Of a stretch of 64,000 nucleotides of DNA, positions 39,097-52,717 are shown piece by piece. Made by a program: the position numbers and the translations under genes. This DNA comes from Bigelowiella natans CCMP2755 (lineage: Eukaryota; Protista; Cercozoa), in contig ADNK01000149.1 of the NCBI GenBank assembly GCA_000320545.1, positions 62,001 to 126,000 on the forward strand, given 5' to 3'. Numbering within the stretch: position 1 is the stretch's first letter; each line of letters starts with the position of its first letter. Under the pieces are notes generated by a model, which was not told the DNA's origin, did not search any database, and was given only the letters and a program-made list of their open reading frames with translations.

Positions 39097-42000
39097 GTGA
39101 CGTGGCTATGCATACTTGCTCATATCCGCCTTAGATTCCAAGGGAAAGAATGACGATCAGACTTTATCCAAGTTGAAAGCGGAGCAGACACCACGTCCAA
39201 GGATGCGGCCAGCATTCCGCCAAGGCCAAATGGTGAGGGTAGAAGGTCTTATCTACGACACTCGATTCAACGGGATGCCAGGGGTGATTTTCCAACTCAA
39301 CCCTGGAAAGGTAGGGCAAAGAATGTATAAGTCTTCTTGTATTGAGATTGATAGCAACGTTCTGCACGCAGGCTACCTGTGTTGTGTTGCTTTCCTCGGG
39401 TACTAAGCTGCTCTGCCGGAAGTCAAATCTCACGCCGATGTTGAAAAGTGAATATGACGTCTCCCCGCGTCCACATCTTGGCAGTGAGGTAGAACTAGCC
39501 TCCTCAATAAGCAATGAAGTCGATGGCACAAACACACCGGGGTGTAGCATGCCCCCAAAACGCCAGCCACCACTCCTCATGAAGGTTTTTCCTCAACAGA
39601 AACACCACACTCTAACGAAGTCATTTCCGGGCGACAGTTTTCCTTCGTTGTTTTCGAAAAAGTCGTGACCTCGTTGCTTCTACTTCAATTTTATCACTAT
39701 TCTTTCTTACTGGTGAATTTGCTGATTGAATATATCTTCCTACTTCTTCCCTTGTACCCTTGCACGCTCTAGCTTCTCCAGCGTTTAGTACCTGACTCGT
39801 ACCAATCTGCATCGCTGCAGTTGTACGCTATCACGAAGAACCTGTATACGCTAGGACTCCCGCCTGAATTGAGTAACAAAGGCAATAATGCCAGCCCAAA
39901 TGCTGTTCCGTCAAAGCAGGTGGGGGATTGGCTCAGAAAAACGTGCGGCGAAGGAAGGTTGTGAGATTGCACATCAGGACAACAACAAGTGGAGGTGTAT
40001 ACTGACGGGGAATACGTGGAATTCAGGTTCATGATATGGAACTTGTGCAAGACTAGCTACGATGCTAAGGAGTTAGATCACAAGGTCCGGCGCGTACCAT
40101 CCTTGGAACCCATCCATGACCTCGTGATTTCAGTAAATGCGACATTTAGCGTCGTGAATAATCGATTCTCATTTCTTGTAGGTTGTACATCTGGCCTCCC
40201 CGTGTTTTCCATCATTACCTGCGCACAGGTAGTATCAGCGGCGTGCTTGTCGTAGTTGTAGTAGTAACTATATAGTGAAGAAGCCAGAGAAAAAGATGCA
40301 CATGAATGATCATCTACATGATAGTTAGTGACTGCACCTACTTGGTAAACACACACCCATTTGCATTCTAGCGAAATTACTCAGTCCCTCACTATTCCGC
40401 CCCCCCCCCTCATCTCCCTTTAAATATATATATTATATCCATCGAACATACATGTTCGTCGTCACCCCATTGATTCCTCCATCCTTCGTTCCCTACCTAC
40501 TCTAACGACTGCTTTCCCCTCCCCCTCTCCCCAAAAAGGATGTTAGGCCTGTGTAAGTCCGTACACTCTTGGAAAGGCATAGATAGCTCCCACGTGGTAG
40601 TCATAGTAGTAGGGGAGGGAGGAGGGAGGCTGTCGTGACGGTTGTATTTTTGTCATCATCCGTTATGAACTGTACGCACACAAACACACGATGGATAATA
40701 TGTCGATGGATCTCTAAGTATTTCGATTGTCCGGTCCACATATTCGCTAACAACATTCATCTAATGTTTCATCTAATGTACTACCTCGATGCATGTGCGA
40801 TGACAATGCGATGGAAAATCATAAAGGCTGTCCTGCAATGCCGCACTGGAAGAGGACGCTCCTCAGCTGCAGCTGCTTGCTACCTCCACTACTCACAGCC
40901 TAATGTCTACAAGGTGGGAGAGGAGATGTGATGAGAGAACAAGTTTGGCATGATTATTTATCCGTCGTCCTAGTATCATCATTACTATCATCATCATCAT
41001 CAACAACGAGGCCATGTCTCGGATTAGCTTGGTGTTTGTTCTAAATTAAGAAGTGTTCACCACAACCCCCCACTTATGCTGTATTACCCGCCCCTTTACA
41101 TTTAGAACGTGGAGGCCGCTCTGCGGTACGTGGCGAGCGTGCGGGACTTACCATTGCGCAAACTTGTTCATCCAACGCAAGCCAGGTGGTTCAATATATA
41201 GAAAGGGCTTGTTCTTGGTTATTCTCGAATCATAGCACAATTCTAACTAAGACGTTTTATTGTCGTCCTTATCGCCGAAACTGTTTTTTGGTTATTTTTT
41301 ATCTTCGCCATCAATCTAGATTCTGTCGGTATTTCGAAGAGCATGTAATCCGCACACGTCAGGCTATTGCCTTCCCTCCACCACCCCCCCCACCCCCCAA
41401 GAAGCCGGCCACCTCCTTGCCACCCCTACCATCATCATCATCGTCGTCGTCATCGTCGTCGCCACCGTTGTCATCAAAGAGCGCGGCAGACAGAAATAGC
41501 AGTATCGTAGCTTGCAACAACGAACAAATGGACGGCAGCAAGATAGCCAAAATCACGAATGGGGATGGCAAAGAAGCTGTGAACTCATGTTCCCGAGGGA
41601 GGGGGGAGGCGAAGAAAGGGTTAAGCAAACGGAAGAAGGAGACCAATAAAATGAGCAATAAGCACGCGATAGGTCTTCACGAGCTGCATCTGGAGCGAGT
41701 GATGATAAACAATGCGCCAAGCGTGATTGGAGGGGGCGTAAGACCATTTGTGCAGGTGGCAACATGTGCCACAGACACATAGTATTTATGCTCACAGAAG
41801 GAGGCGGTGTATTATTAACGATTGTTCAGTGCGTATACTTTCTAAAATTTTACTATCGCTACCATTCTGCTGCATTCCTTGTCATTTTCATCTGCAAGAT
41901 ATTGATTTGGCTTTGTACTCTCCAAATCTCTCTCCCCACAGCTTTTGGGCGAGGAAGGCCTAATTTTTGATGGAAGGAAACCGTTACCCTCATCATCCTC

Positions 42001-42198
42001 CTCCTCATCATCATCACCATCATCATCCCGTGCGTCAGTCTTTGACCCGCCGTTTATAGCTGCTGGATCGGTCGGTAAAGTCGATGTTGGCGCAAAAGGT
42101 AACAGAAAGAGGAGGAGGGGGAGGAGGAGGAGGGAAGGGCCGGAGCTACAGACTGGGAAGAAGGAAGAAGACGAAGGAGTGATATGGAAATATCCGTA

Positions 42199-42239
<41 letters not shown>

Positions 42240-42950
42240 TACGTACTGCATATGATTGACCTAATATGTGCGCTGAGGACATCATCATATGTATGCTACC
42301 ATCTTCCTCAGTGGCAGGACCGTTCCTCATGCGGCTGTGCTGTTTCATCGGAGAGACTGGAAGAAGAAGAAGGAAGAAAACGGAAGAGGAGAAGGAGGGG
42401 GGTGGAGAGCAATCTAGAGGGGGGGTAATGGGACATCATCACCCCAATTCTAGTATTAACACCAGCAGCAGCGTTAGCAATAGTAACGGTATGAGCGCCA
42501 CCAGCGATTCTCTTCTTGTGGACGTGGCAAAAGATCGGTGTGATGAGAAGCAGCAGCGAGAAATAGATCATCAACAAGTTGAAGAGGAGGCCTATAAAGA
42601 TGATGCTGGCAGTGCTAGCCACAACAACGAAAGGAACAGAGAGGAGGGGGATGAGCTCGTTCCTGTTGGTGACGACAAAGGTGATGATTATGAAGATTAT
42701 CTATGCTTATTTCGTGTCGGCTTGGATACGCGATATGAGGATGCAGAAGGTGGAGTGCTAAGGATGCATGTAGGCGACTTGGATGTAGCGTTTGCAGGCC
42801 TTCGCCGCCTTTCGTCAAAGTTCTTCATAGGTAAGTGATAGAGTAAGGGCAGGAGTATACATAGTAGTAGTGGTAGTAGTAGTAATTTTGTGGTACTGAT
42901 GATCATGTGATGTTTAGATATATGTGTATGTAGGAAAAGTTTTACCCACA

Positions 42951-43020
<70 letters not shown>

Positions 43021-43568
43021 ACAGACAGATACACCAACACTTTTTTGGTGATTACTGAACGTGTGTTATATGGACAGACATAATGCTTTCGGATCGCAAT
43101 GCACAGAACAATCGCCCTAAGCGAGGAAAGAGCCATTTATCATCCGCTTCACAATCATCGTCTATGCGAGGGAAAACGTTCCATCAGGCGAGCAGAAATG
43201 CTTCCATGCTCCCACCTCCCCTCTTCAAATCAACGGTCAATGGAAAACGCATGGAGGAGGGCGACCCACTCATGAATGAGGACGAGAATGACGGAAAACT
43301 TCTTGACGACGTTGAAGAAGATCTAGTAAATATTGGACGACCTGCTGAAAGTATGGTTAGCGAACTTTTGCGCCAAATTGACGACGCATTGGGAGAGGAC
43401 GACGACGATGCAGCAGAGCATGGTGGAAATAATATATCAAGAAATGGTAAACATGTTGCTCAAATGAGGAGCAACACAGAATCTCCGATTGCTAATCGCC
43501 CATTTGGTAAGGAAGACGAGGCGCTGCTCTCAGAACTTTTAGCTGCTCAGCATCCAGATGCATTATGA
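38909..43568 (+). CDS. PTEN/tensin-type phosphatase + C2 domain protein with N-terminal SH3-like module and acidic tail
   Basis: FRQGQMVRVEGLIYDTRFNGMPGVI (SH3-like); LQLYAITKNLYTLGLP; FMIWNLC; AVLQCRTGRGRS (CX5R); HPTQAR/FCRYF; C2-like LHLERVMINNAP..VRPFVQ, LFRVGLDT, LDVA. Confidence 0.82.
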
Positions 43569-43689
43569 GAAATATCATTCCACTAGCAAATAGAGTTCCG
43601 TGCGAAATGATAGGTACGCCGGTGAACACAAATAAATGTGCTTTATTAACAAGCTGCATTCTTTTGAAACAATGATGAGACGTAGATGT

Positions 43690-44420
43690 TCTCACATCAC
43701 AATGAGTTGCAGCCTAGCAGCACATCTAGACATGAGATGGCATCAGCATCAACAACCACTAGTGAGCGCTAGAAGTGCCGTGACTGCTAGTGACCAACAA
43801 GAAGTTGGAGAGTGCTAGAGTGACTGCTGCAATCTAGCAATGCACACCACAATGCGAACAAGCAATGCAGAAATTCCACCATGCTTAGCTAGCTAGATGC
43901 TGCATGTGCGCGTCATTGCGGCAACGCATGCTAGCTAGCATGTTCTAGTATGCTAATGAATGGCGTTTCCATGCATCGCCATCTTGCCATGCATGCATGC
44001 TAGCATGGCTGCCACGCATGCATGCTAGCATGGCTGCCACGCTAGCTAGCTTGCTCGTGCGCTAGATCGCCTTGTGCACACGTCTGTGTGTCTGTTCTTC
44101 TCTAGTCTGGTAGTCCTGCGCCGGCGATGTGCGAGATGTGCATGCTAACATGTCACGTGCTCATCTTCTGGGCTTGATGCACAACTATACTGTGCTGGCT
44201 AGTCAGGTTGATCACGGACAAGGCATGCCATGCATTGCTAGATTGCATGCATGTGACAGTGAAGTTGACTTCAATCTCCACAACACTCACAAAAACTTTC
44301 CACATCGGCAAGTAGCGCATCTGGAGAACGGATGAAGCTCATCAAGATCCACAATGTGCTCACGGGTTCATCTCTCGCCTGCATGGCAAATCCGCATCTG
44401 TGATCATCAGCAACGTGTTC
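43690..44420. other. TpA-depleted, CTAG-rich intergenic tract with (CATG)n/(CTAG)n palindromes
   Basis: About 20 CTAG versus about 8 other TpA in 730 bp; most of the remainder are CTAN or NTAG. Confidence 0.85.
43991..44040. repeat. Perfect 25-bp tandem duplication containing palindrome catgctagcatg
   Basis: gcatgcatgctagcatggctgccac x2. Confidence 0.95.
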
Positions 44421-44775
44421 TCCGAACTACTTTTTCGTCTTTGAATTGAAATTCTGGTTTTCTTCGTGACATCGTTGTAATTCTACGAAGAGTGTGTGCC
44501 ATGCTTTGTTAGATACTCGGGCTGAGGCGGAAAGACGACAATCTGATGATTCCATCATCGCATCGCAGGTGGAGGAGCAACTAGATGAGAGATCCAAATG
44601 TCTGAAAGACCAACGCTTTCCCTCCAAAATGAGAAAATATTGGTGTTTTTCCGGGTCGTAAATGGAGGTGTTTTCCCCTCTGCGACTGAATACAACGGCC
44701 AGGTTTAACCGAAAATAATAAATACGACGTACGACGGATAGGGAGGGATCGATCCTGGATGGAGAGCACGTGCTC

Positions 44776-45984
44776 ATGAGGGGAGTGGAGGGGGCGGCTT
44801 TCATTATGAATATGTTGAGGAGGAACAAAATCCCGTCCCTCGTTGTTATTTCTGTACTGTGCTCCACTCTCCATTCTGCGCAGGTTTCGTCTGATTGTTT
44901 AATGAGCAGCAAGCAAGTTACCCTACTCCAATGCGAACACATCAATCACGTAGGCAGCCGAGCTTGCGGAGGGGACACCGTCATCATTCTCTTCAACCTA
45001 CAAAAATTTTGACGATCCTAGCATTGACCATTCGAATGTGAGATTTATCAAATTTTATAATCATGACCCTCTCCTCTTCTAGCCGCCGTGCTCCTCCTCC
45101 TCCTCCTCCTCCTGAGTGGCAATGTCTCCTCAGGCTGCGATCCAATTTCAAAGGGAAGGAAAACTTGAGCTGGCTATGCGTGCTTTTCGAGCGGCCGCGC
45201 GCTTTCATCCTTCTCTCCAGACCTACATGAACCTCGGTGTGGCTTTGATGCGATCAGGAAGGTTGACAGAGGCGGCTCATGCTATGCACAAGGCGAAGAC
45301 GTACGACAACGCAGGAACTGACCCCCTTCTCAGAGACAATTGGTAGTTTGTGTGGTGGTGTCTACGAATTCGTTGCCATAATTAGAGATGGGATGTGTTT
45401 TTAAATACATATAACTAAATCTGGGTAGCAAGTACTTCTCAGGATTGTCGTCTCATCGCTGCATGTTCCAATAAATGTGAAATATTACTATCATATTCCA
45501 GGGATAAGCTACTTCAACTCATGAAGGCGGCTGGCGTGGACCTTCCAGTCAGTTACCAGAAATAGAAGCAAAATATGATATGAAAACGAAGGCTTGACTG
45601 AGAAACGATACGATATATTGTTTGACTCTGGAAAACATGAAAAATCCTACTGTTCTTCTTTTTCTTCATAGACACCAAACATTCTTTCGTATTTATGTGC
45701 CTCAATATCTTTTCAGAAACTGACTCCACTAAAGGGATTGGACAACGAGAGTAAGGGAAAGGGAACAGAGGTACTCACATACAGATAAGAGAGGGTGTGG
45801 TCAGCAGGATTGATAAATAAAAAATGGAGATATTTTATTTCAACAGAAGTGGCGGTGGTGTTATGATAGGGGAGGGGGGGGAGGAATGAGGGTGGTGATA
45901 TTCGCTAAAAGGAATAAATTTTACTTTGTTTAGAGTTTACTCGTGCCAAAAGTATTGCTATATTTGTTCGTAATGCTCCTTCGT

Positions 45985-46015
<31 letters not shown>

Positions 46016-46186
46016 TGCAGGAAATCAATGGCCGTACTCACCGCGAAGGTCTGATCCATCAACACCCTTCAGTTCCAAGAGCAAAGGAAATACCCAGGTT
46101 GAAGAATCACACATCTATCACACATGCATGCAATAGAATATGTAACTTATTAATTATGAAAGCAAATACATGTCATAAAATACACA

Positions 46187-46222
<36 letters not shown>

Positions 46223-48113
46223 TATATTATATTTTCATGTTTGTTGTTGTGAGAAGCACTGAATGACCACAAAAGACTCGCAGTACACAGCATCATTATA
46301 GATGCATAGCACAACTACACACACACTCAGAATGACTTGGAAAACGTTTGAAAGCCTTCCCCAGGTTATTGTGCCGTCATCGCTAATAGTCTCCAATGGA
46401 CATCGTATTTTCTGTCAACATCCACATCCTTTCTCCTATGATGGTGATGGTGATAGTGATGGTGATGAAGATAATGATATGCCGATGATGCTAACGATGA
46501 TGCTGTTGTAGTTCTCCGGATTCTCAATGCCAGTCATTATCACCGATGGCATGGAAAACTGGCAGGCTTTGCATACGTGTGTAAGGGCGTGTGTGTGTGC
46601 GTGTGAGGGGGGGAGGGAGGGGGGGGCAACAGGCAATTATTTCTTCCAAAGTGCCGCCAGTGCCTCTCCCGCCACAAGACAAGAATTTTCCATGATAGTC
46701 ATGATCATCATCGTCATTCTACTAGCGTTACTAGCATTACTACTACTACTACTAACTAGGTGGAAAAAGTTCTCACATATCGTGCGTACTCTTGGGTCTG
46801 ATACTGTTACCGATTTTTACCCTCACAATCTTCGTGATCAAAGGTGGTGCTATAGAAGAAGATCATCGGCCTTTGCCTTCTCCTCTTTCTCCTCCTTCTC
46901 TCCCTCTCCTGCTTCTCCTCCTCCTCCTGTTCTAATGCTGATAGTACCGTCTCTTACTTACATACTGGGACTAGGAATGATAGTAAAAACACCAACCGCA
47001 GCTATGAGTGCATTCTCTGTTGGGTGTTGCTGCTGTTGATGATGTTTTCCTTCACGTACCTCCTCATTGCCTTCATCAATAGCATCATGATGATCACCAT
47101 CATCATCATCATCATCACCATCATCATTATCATCCTCATCGTCTTTGTCTACTCAATCAACAAATAACATCCGCACCAACAATACAGGCGACAAGCCCCG
47201 TATCTGACACTCCTCGGTACTGCCGTGCTCGAGATACGACGTGTCTACTCTAAGAAGGTGCGCGAAAGGCTCCCCACATCGAGATTCCAACCAGCCCAGG
47301 GAGATGTTCCGACAACAGGTGTTGCTGAGTGGTGGTGGTGGTGGTGGTGGAGAGGGAGGGAGGGTGTCGTAGAAATAGTGATGTTATATTAATCGAAAGA
47401 GGAGGATTCATACGGCACGATTGTAAAGGACAACATTATTCGTTTATTTCTTGTCGTCGTTGCGTACTCCTCGTGCTGTCATCGCTGCTACTACATACTA
47501 GCGTGTTACCAATCTAATGATCTGGCTCGCTTCTTTCCTGATGTTCACCTACATTATCTCTCGTTCTCCTTCATCCGCAGGACGGTACCTACACGTCCAA
47601 GCTACTCCTCGCGCATGGTCAGAGATGGAGCGCATATCAGATTTGTCACCAACACGCCATAGCCTTCTCCAGGTCCCGCCCAACACGTTTTCTATTTCAC
47701 TCCTCTTCGTTTAGCAGCAGCAGCAGCATATAGGAGGTGAAGAGAGAATGAATCAATCCTGCTGGGAAATGTGTGTGTGTTCTTCTTCCCCTCTATCATG
47801 GTTGTGTGTACATTGACACCATATCCCGGTGGGCGGGTTAAACGTATTTCAGGGAGATGGTTGGATGCGTGCTTGCCTTCAGAGCGAGGAGCTGATAGAG
47901 GAGTTTCATCTGAAAACGCACTGGAAGGTAATGGAAGATGTTGCTCTTTCCTGGTGATTCTGAGGGAGGAAATATGTTGGGTGTTCCATGTACAACGTGC
48001 CAGCTTAAACGATGATGATGATGATGATATGCTTGTTGTTGTCGTACCTTCTAACTACCATTAGGTCGTCTTGATAGGAACGAAAGGTGGTGATAATGCT
48101 TTAAGAGAGAGAC

Positions 48114-48160
<47 letters not shown>

Positions 48161-49913
48161 GAGTCCACACAACCATCATACGTGGATATGCTCAATTATG
48201 AAACATATTCGATTAGGTGATGAGTCGTGAGAGAAATGTCAATTCCACCATCATCATCATCATCATCATCATCCTTATCATCATCTAGGCGCCGGAATGT
48301 TCAATCATACCGATTCTCTGCAGACGTCATCTTGGCATGGTATGCTGTGTGTGCGTGTGTGTGTGTTATTCTCGGCATGGACGCATGCATGAAATTCTTA
48401 TCACATGCTACTGCTGCTGCTGCTGCTGTTGTTGTGGTTGTGGTTGTGGTTGTTAAATTAATATCCGAAAAAAAATCTTCCTCAGCACACGTTCGAGGTC
48501 GAAAGTGGTGGCACATTTGCGCCCCAGAGAAGGTGGGAAGAGGAGAGGGAGAGGGAGAGAGAGAGAGAGAGAGAAGAAAGAGAATATTTGTTGCATGCAT
48601 ACCTGGTTTGTGTGATTAGGCGAACAAGCTAGTGAAATCATATCATGATTTCTTCTCAAACCCAAATTGTAGCACAGCAGACTAGCAGCAGCACCACCAC
48701 CAGCAGTATATGTACACGTTCTGCGTCGCATCAATGCTGCTGCATCCTTTCGCTATATCAATCTTCCAACCGCACAAATCATCGTCGTCATCGCCGTCTT
48801 CTTCTATCCATGCATGCGCATGTCGTTTACTACCGAAAATGATGATGTAGGGTTGCTATGAGGACTACGTCAAACCAGGGGAGATCCTCGGTACTACTAC
48901 TACTACTACGAATCACTTCTACGAATTACTTCTCACTCAACGTTTTGTCGTCATCATCGTTCGTGGGTCACCACCGCTACTATTACGTTTTGAGATCATC
49001 TAGAAACGATAGAAATGAGAAAAGGTTTGTGAGGAGCTGATGACGATGGGTGCTGCATGTCTGTACAGGCTACAGCAACGGCTGGTGGCACACGACGCAG
49101 AACCTGAAAAACCCAACTATCACAGGTGAGAGGAGGAGAGGGAGTTTGTTTGGAAGAATATGATTAGCTACGCTGATGACAGCTAAGACGCTTTGGCGGT
49201 GAATTATTGCATGATTACAATTTAGAGAGCTATTCCTTGCATCTTTCCTTGCATCTTTTCTTCTTGTTCTGGTTCTTCTTCCTGTTCGTTGCTACGCCTC
49301 CCCAATCATCGCTCGGTTGTATTGAATCAGTTACCGGCACTATTGTTACGCGTGAGAATCATAAGCAAGTGGCCGAGATGCTCCAGGAGGAGTGTGTGCA
49401 AGATAAAGTAGAATTTGTTTAAACTAGTAGTCGTCCTCTCGTGGTGGTGGTGGTGGTGGTGGTGGTGATTGTCTTTGATTCATCACAAGAGCTGATGATG
49501 ATAATAGAGAATGATTATCAACACAAACACGTCGTTGAGTATAGTTATCTTGTCGTTATTATCGTCATCTCTTATTAAGTAACCATCACTTCGTCGCTAT
49601 GTTGTTGTCTCTTCTTCTCGTACCTCGTTCCATCGTGCCGTGACCACCTACACTTACACTTCAGTTTGGATTCAAGTTCTCTGCACAGCTCTGCGATGCT
49701 CTTGATTCATGCTACGGTGCATGGGAGCGTGCATTCTCAAGTAAGAGGGGATGAAAGGAGGAGGAGGAGGAGGGGGAGGAAACACAATGAATTTATCATC
49801 GTTATGGAGAGAGAGGAGGGGAATCTTTGGGGGCATGCCAGTTTCAATCTTCTACAGTTGTATCTTTCCTTAAAAAGAAAGAACATGTATATTATATATA
49901 TATATATATATAC

Positions 49914-49944
<31 letters not shown>

Positions 49945-50166
49945 ATAGAAAATAGATTAAGATAAAAAATACAAGCGATAGCAGATGTAGGTTCTTCCAT
50001 TATTCATGAGCATATTTCTGTCCGATAAGGCGATGAAACGAAGGAAACTCCGTCTACCACATGGAAGGGCTGGCGTGCAAGAACGTCAGCAGAAAATTTG
50101 AAAGCTAAAGAAAGTTGGCTGCCTACAGACAACATGTATGATGGTCGGAACTTCATTACAGGATAG
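44776..50166 (+). CDS. Signal peptide + TPR + JmjC (2-oxoglutarate/Fe oxygenase) protein
   Basis: Hydrophobic leader IPSLVVISVLCSTLHSA. TPR: AMRAFRAAARFHPSLQTYMNLGVALMRSGRLTEA. JmjC: PVIITDGMENW, DFYPHN, VVLIGTKG/AGMFNHTD, HVRGRKWW, KPGEIL, GWWHTTQNL (HxD...H triad). Confidence 0.85.
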
Positions 50167-50927
50167 ATGTACCTCTACACATCTAAAAGACGCAGCTGTT
50201 GACGCATGGAATAAATACCCAAAAAGGATTGTTTGTGGTTATCTCTCGTGATGAATAGAAACTCATGAGTTGCAAAATGGATTGAATGAAGGATTGGAGT
50301 GGTGGAAGAGACGCTAGGCGCATGACTTCAGTATTAGAAATGGCATTAAACCTGCAATTGACATCTCCAGATGATATACATGTAAAACAACACCTTTTTT
50401 CCAGCCATCGTCGGAGACGTGTTCGATTCAATTTAGAACAATTGGCAGCGCAAATCTGTTTCTTGTTGACCATGCTATGGAATTCTAGAATTGCATCGCA
50501 GCGCAAATAGGTGCAATCTAGCAACGGTCACCACGCGTAGCAATCTAGTCAGTAAAATGCAGCGATTGCTTAGCACATCGAAGCTTAAATCACACACACT
50601 GCAAGTGTGTGATCATGTTGTGTGTTGTGTGTTGTGTGTGTGTGTGTGTGTGTGTGTAACGTGGGCATGTGTGTGCGCGTACACTGGATGTGTGCTGCTT
50701 AAGTTGTTGTCCAGCACGCCATATACATGTATGCTAAGATGCATGTAGCGAAATTTGATGCTCTTGTAGCTACCAAGAGCGTGTGCAGCTGCGCTATACG
50801 ATGCGAACAATTTCGACATTCAACGGCTAATCGCAAGAGCCTATGAATCAATTACAGGTATACACAGCTTTGACAGAAACTTGGAACGTGACTATTGTGA
50901 AATATTCTCTAACAATATTCATAACTG

Positions 50928-51205
50928 CTATTGAGATGATGATGGTTTGGTGGGTATCTTAACATTTTCAGATATCCAATCTAAATAGTCTTTGCGCCCT
51001 TCCTCGATGCTTGTCGTTATCACCTCAGGACTCTCATACGGATGATGCTTCTACACAATAATATCGTTTTTAAAATGGAACGATACAAGATTACATTGCT
51101 ATCACTATAATTATATATACACACCTCCACATACTCAATGAGTTGCTCTACGAGAGACTCATGCGTCTTCACCATAAGCAAAAGCTCCTATTAAATGTGT
51201 AGCTA

Positions 51206-51245
<40 letters not shown>

Positions 51246-51288
51246 CTCTCCCTCTCTCCCTCCCTCTTACTCTCTCTCTCTCTCTCTT

Positions 51289-51326
<38 letters not shown>

Positions 51327-51769
51327 ACTGATCAGGCCATATCTGCGATGCTATTGTAGTACCTGATCCGTTTCGATCTTATCCTTCCATCTATACGTGC
51401 TTGAGAGACCAGGTATTGTGTTCACGCACGCCGCTAGATTCTCGACCACCTGTGTTGTGTTGTTGTGTCAAGATAAGAATAATGCTGCCACACGTATAAT
51501 GATCCTGCTCTTAAATTTTCGTGATTAATGATAACCAAGCCTTCCGAAAGCTTCTGTGCGGCAGTTCGATCTGGCACTTAAATCACGCTAAATGAGGAAG
51601 AGGAAGGTAGGTGCTCCAATGGATAACAGAAATGATGCGGAGCTGCATATCTTTACCTGTGATCCATGCGACACGGAAAGGAGTGGGGGATTTTGAGGCA
51701 GTCGCTATTGCACGACGCCCGGATCGCAGCCAAGTACGCGAATAAGAGCGCATACTGTCTTCTATAAAA

Positions 51770-51827
<58 letters not shown>

Positions 51828-52131
51828 GGTTACACAATGGGTCACGCTAGCACATAATCAATGTTTAAGAAAGAAGAGACCAGTAGGATAGCACAGGTAG
51901 AGAGAACCCGCGACGATCAATCCTATGATGACAATCTGAGTAGTCAGCGATCTGCAATGTTAAGATTAGCGAACTCAGGATTTGCAGTCGAAGATAGAGC
52001 GGTCGGTGTGTAAGCGAAGAGCAATTCATTGTTCATCACAATTCCATCATATCCCTTAACTTCGACATATATACAAGCTCGGTTATTGTAGATCTACTTC
52101 ACTTTTTCTTAATGTCGAACTCGAAGTCCAT
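50928..52131 (-). CDS. cutA: CutA divalent-cation tolerance protein with bipartite-like N-terminal leader (not visible in ORF track; 7 short exons)
   Basis: Spliced: MDFEFDIKKKSLTTQIVIIGLIVAGSLYLCYPTEDSMRSYSRTWLRSGRRAIATASKSPTPFRVAWITVPDRTAAQKLSEGLVVENLAACVNTIPGLSSTYRWKDKIETDQELLLMVKT..KHHPYESPEVITTSIEEGRKDYLDWISENV. All intron phases consistent. Confidence 0.93.
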
Positions 52132-52717
52132 GAGAGTGGAAGCCCTCCCCGAGGGACTTCCTTCTCTTCCTCCGGTCTTTGGTTGCTTATTATTTCCCGA
52201 TATATTAAATACATCGGCACGGAACCCAACATATTAAATTCCACTGCCGGATTTCCCAACACAAATCCCCGCCCGGATGTTCTCCTCCGACAAGAGAGTC
52301 GCGGGAGAAAAACTGAGTTTGTGGGAAGATATTTTCGCAGTCCTCGCAACGTCTAAGAATGTTCCTTTCTAAAACTATTATTGGGACGGGGATTTTAACA
52401 AAATCTAAGTCTCCTTTTTGTGTCGTCTTCGAAAATTTACATCAGATTAACATCTTGGACTTGTACGAAAAATCGAACTGCACCAGTTCTCAGTATAGAA
52501 GTGACGATATTCACCTTCCCGATATCCATGAGAGGCCAATATTATTAAAGAACGACAACATTGAGAAGGTATTTGTTGAATTAATCAGCGGACCAGCTAC
52601 CAATGGATGAATCCAGAGTGGCCTGAAAGAAAGAATCTTTGGTGGCAACTACCCTCACAGATATCAAGTGCAAAGACGAAAGCAAAACCCCCAAAGAAGA
52701 GATACTCGAACACAAAC

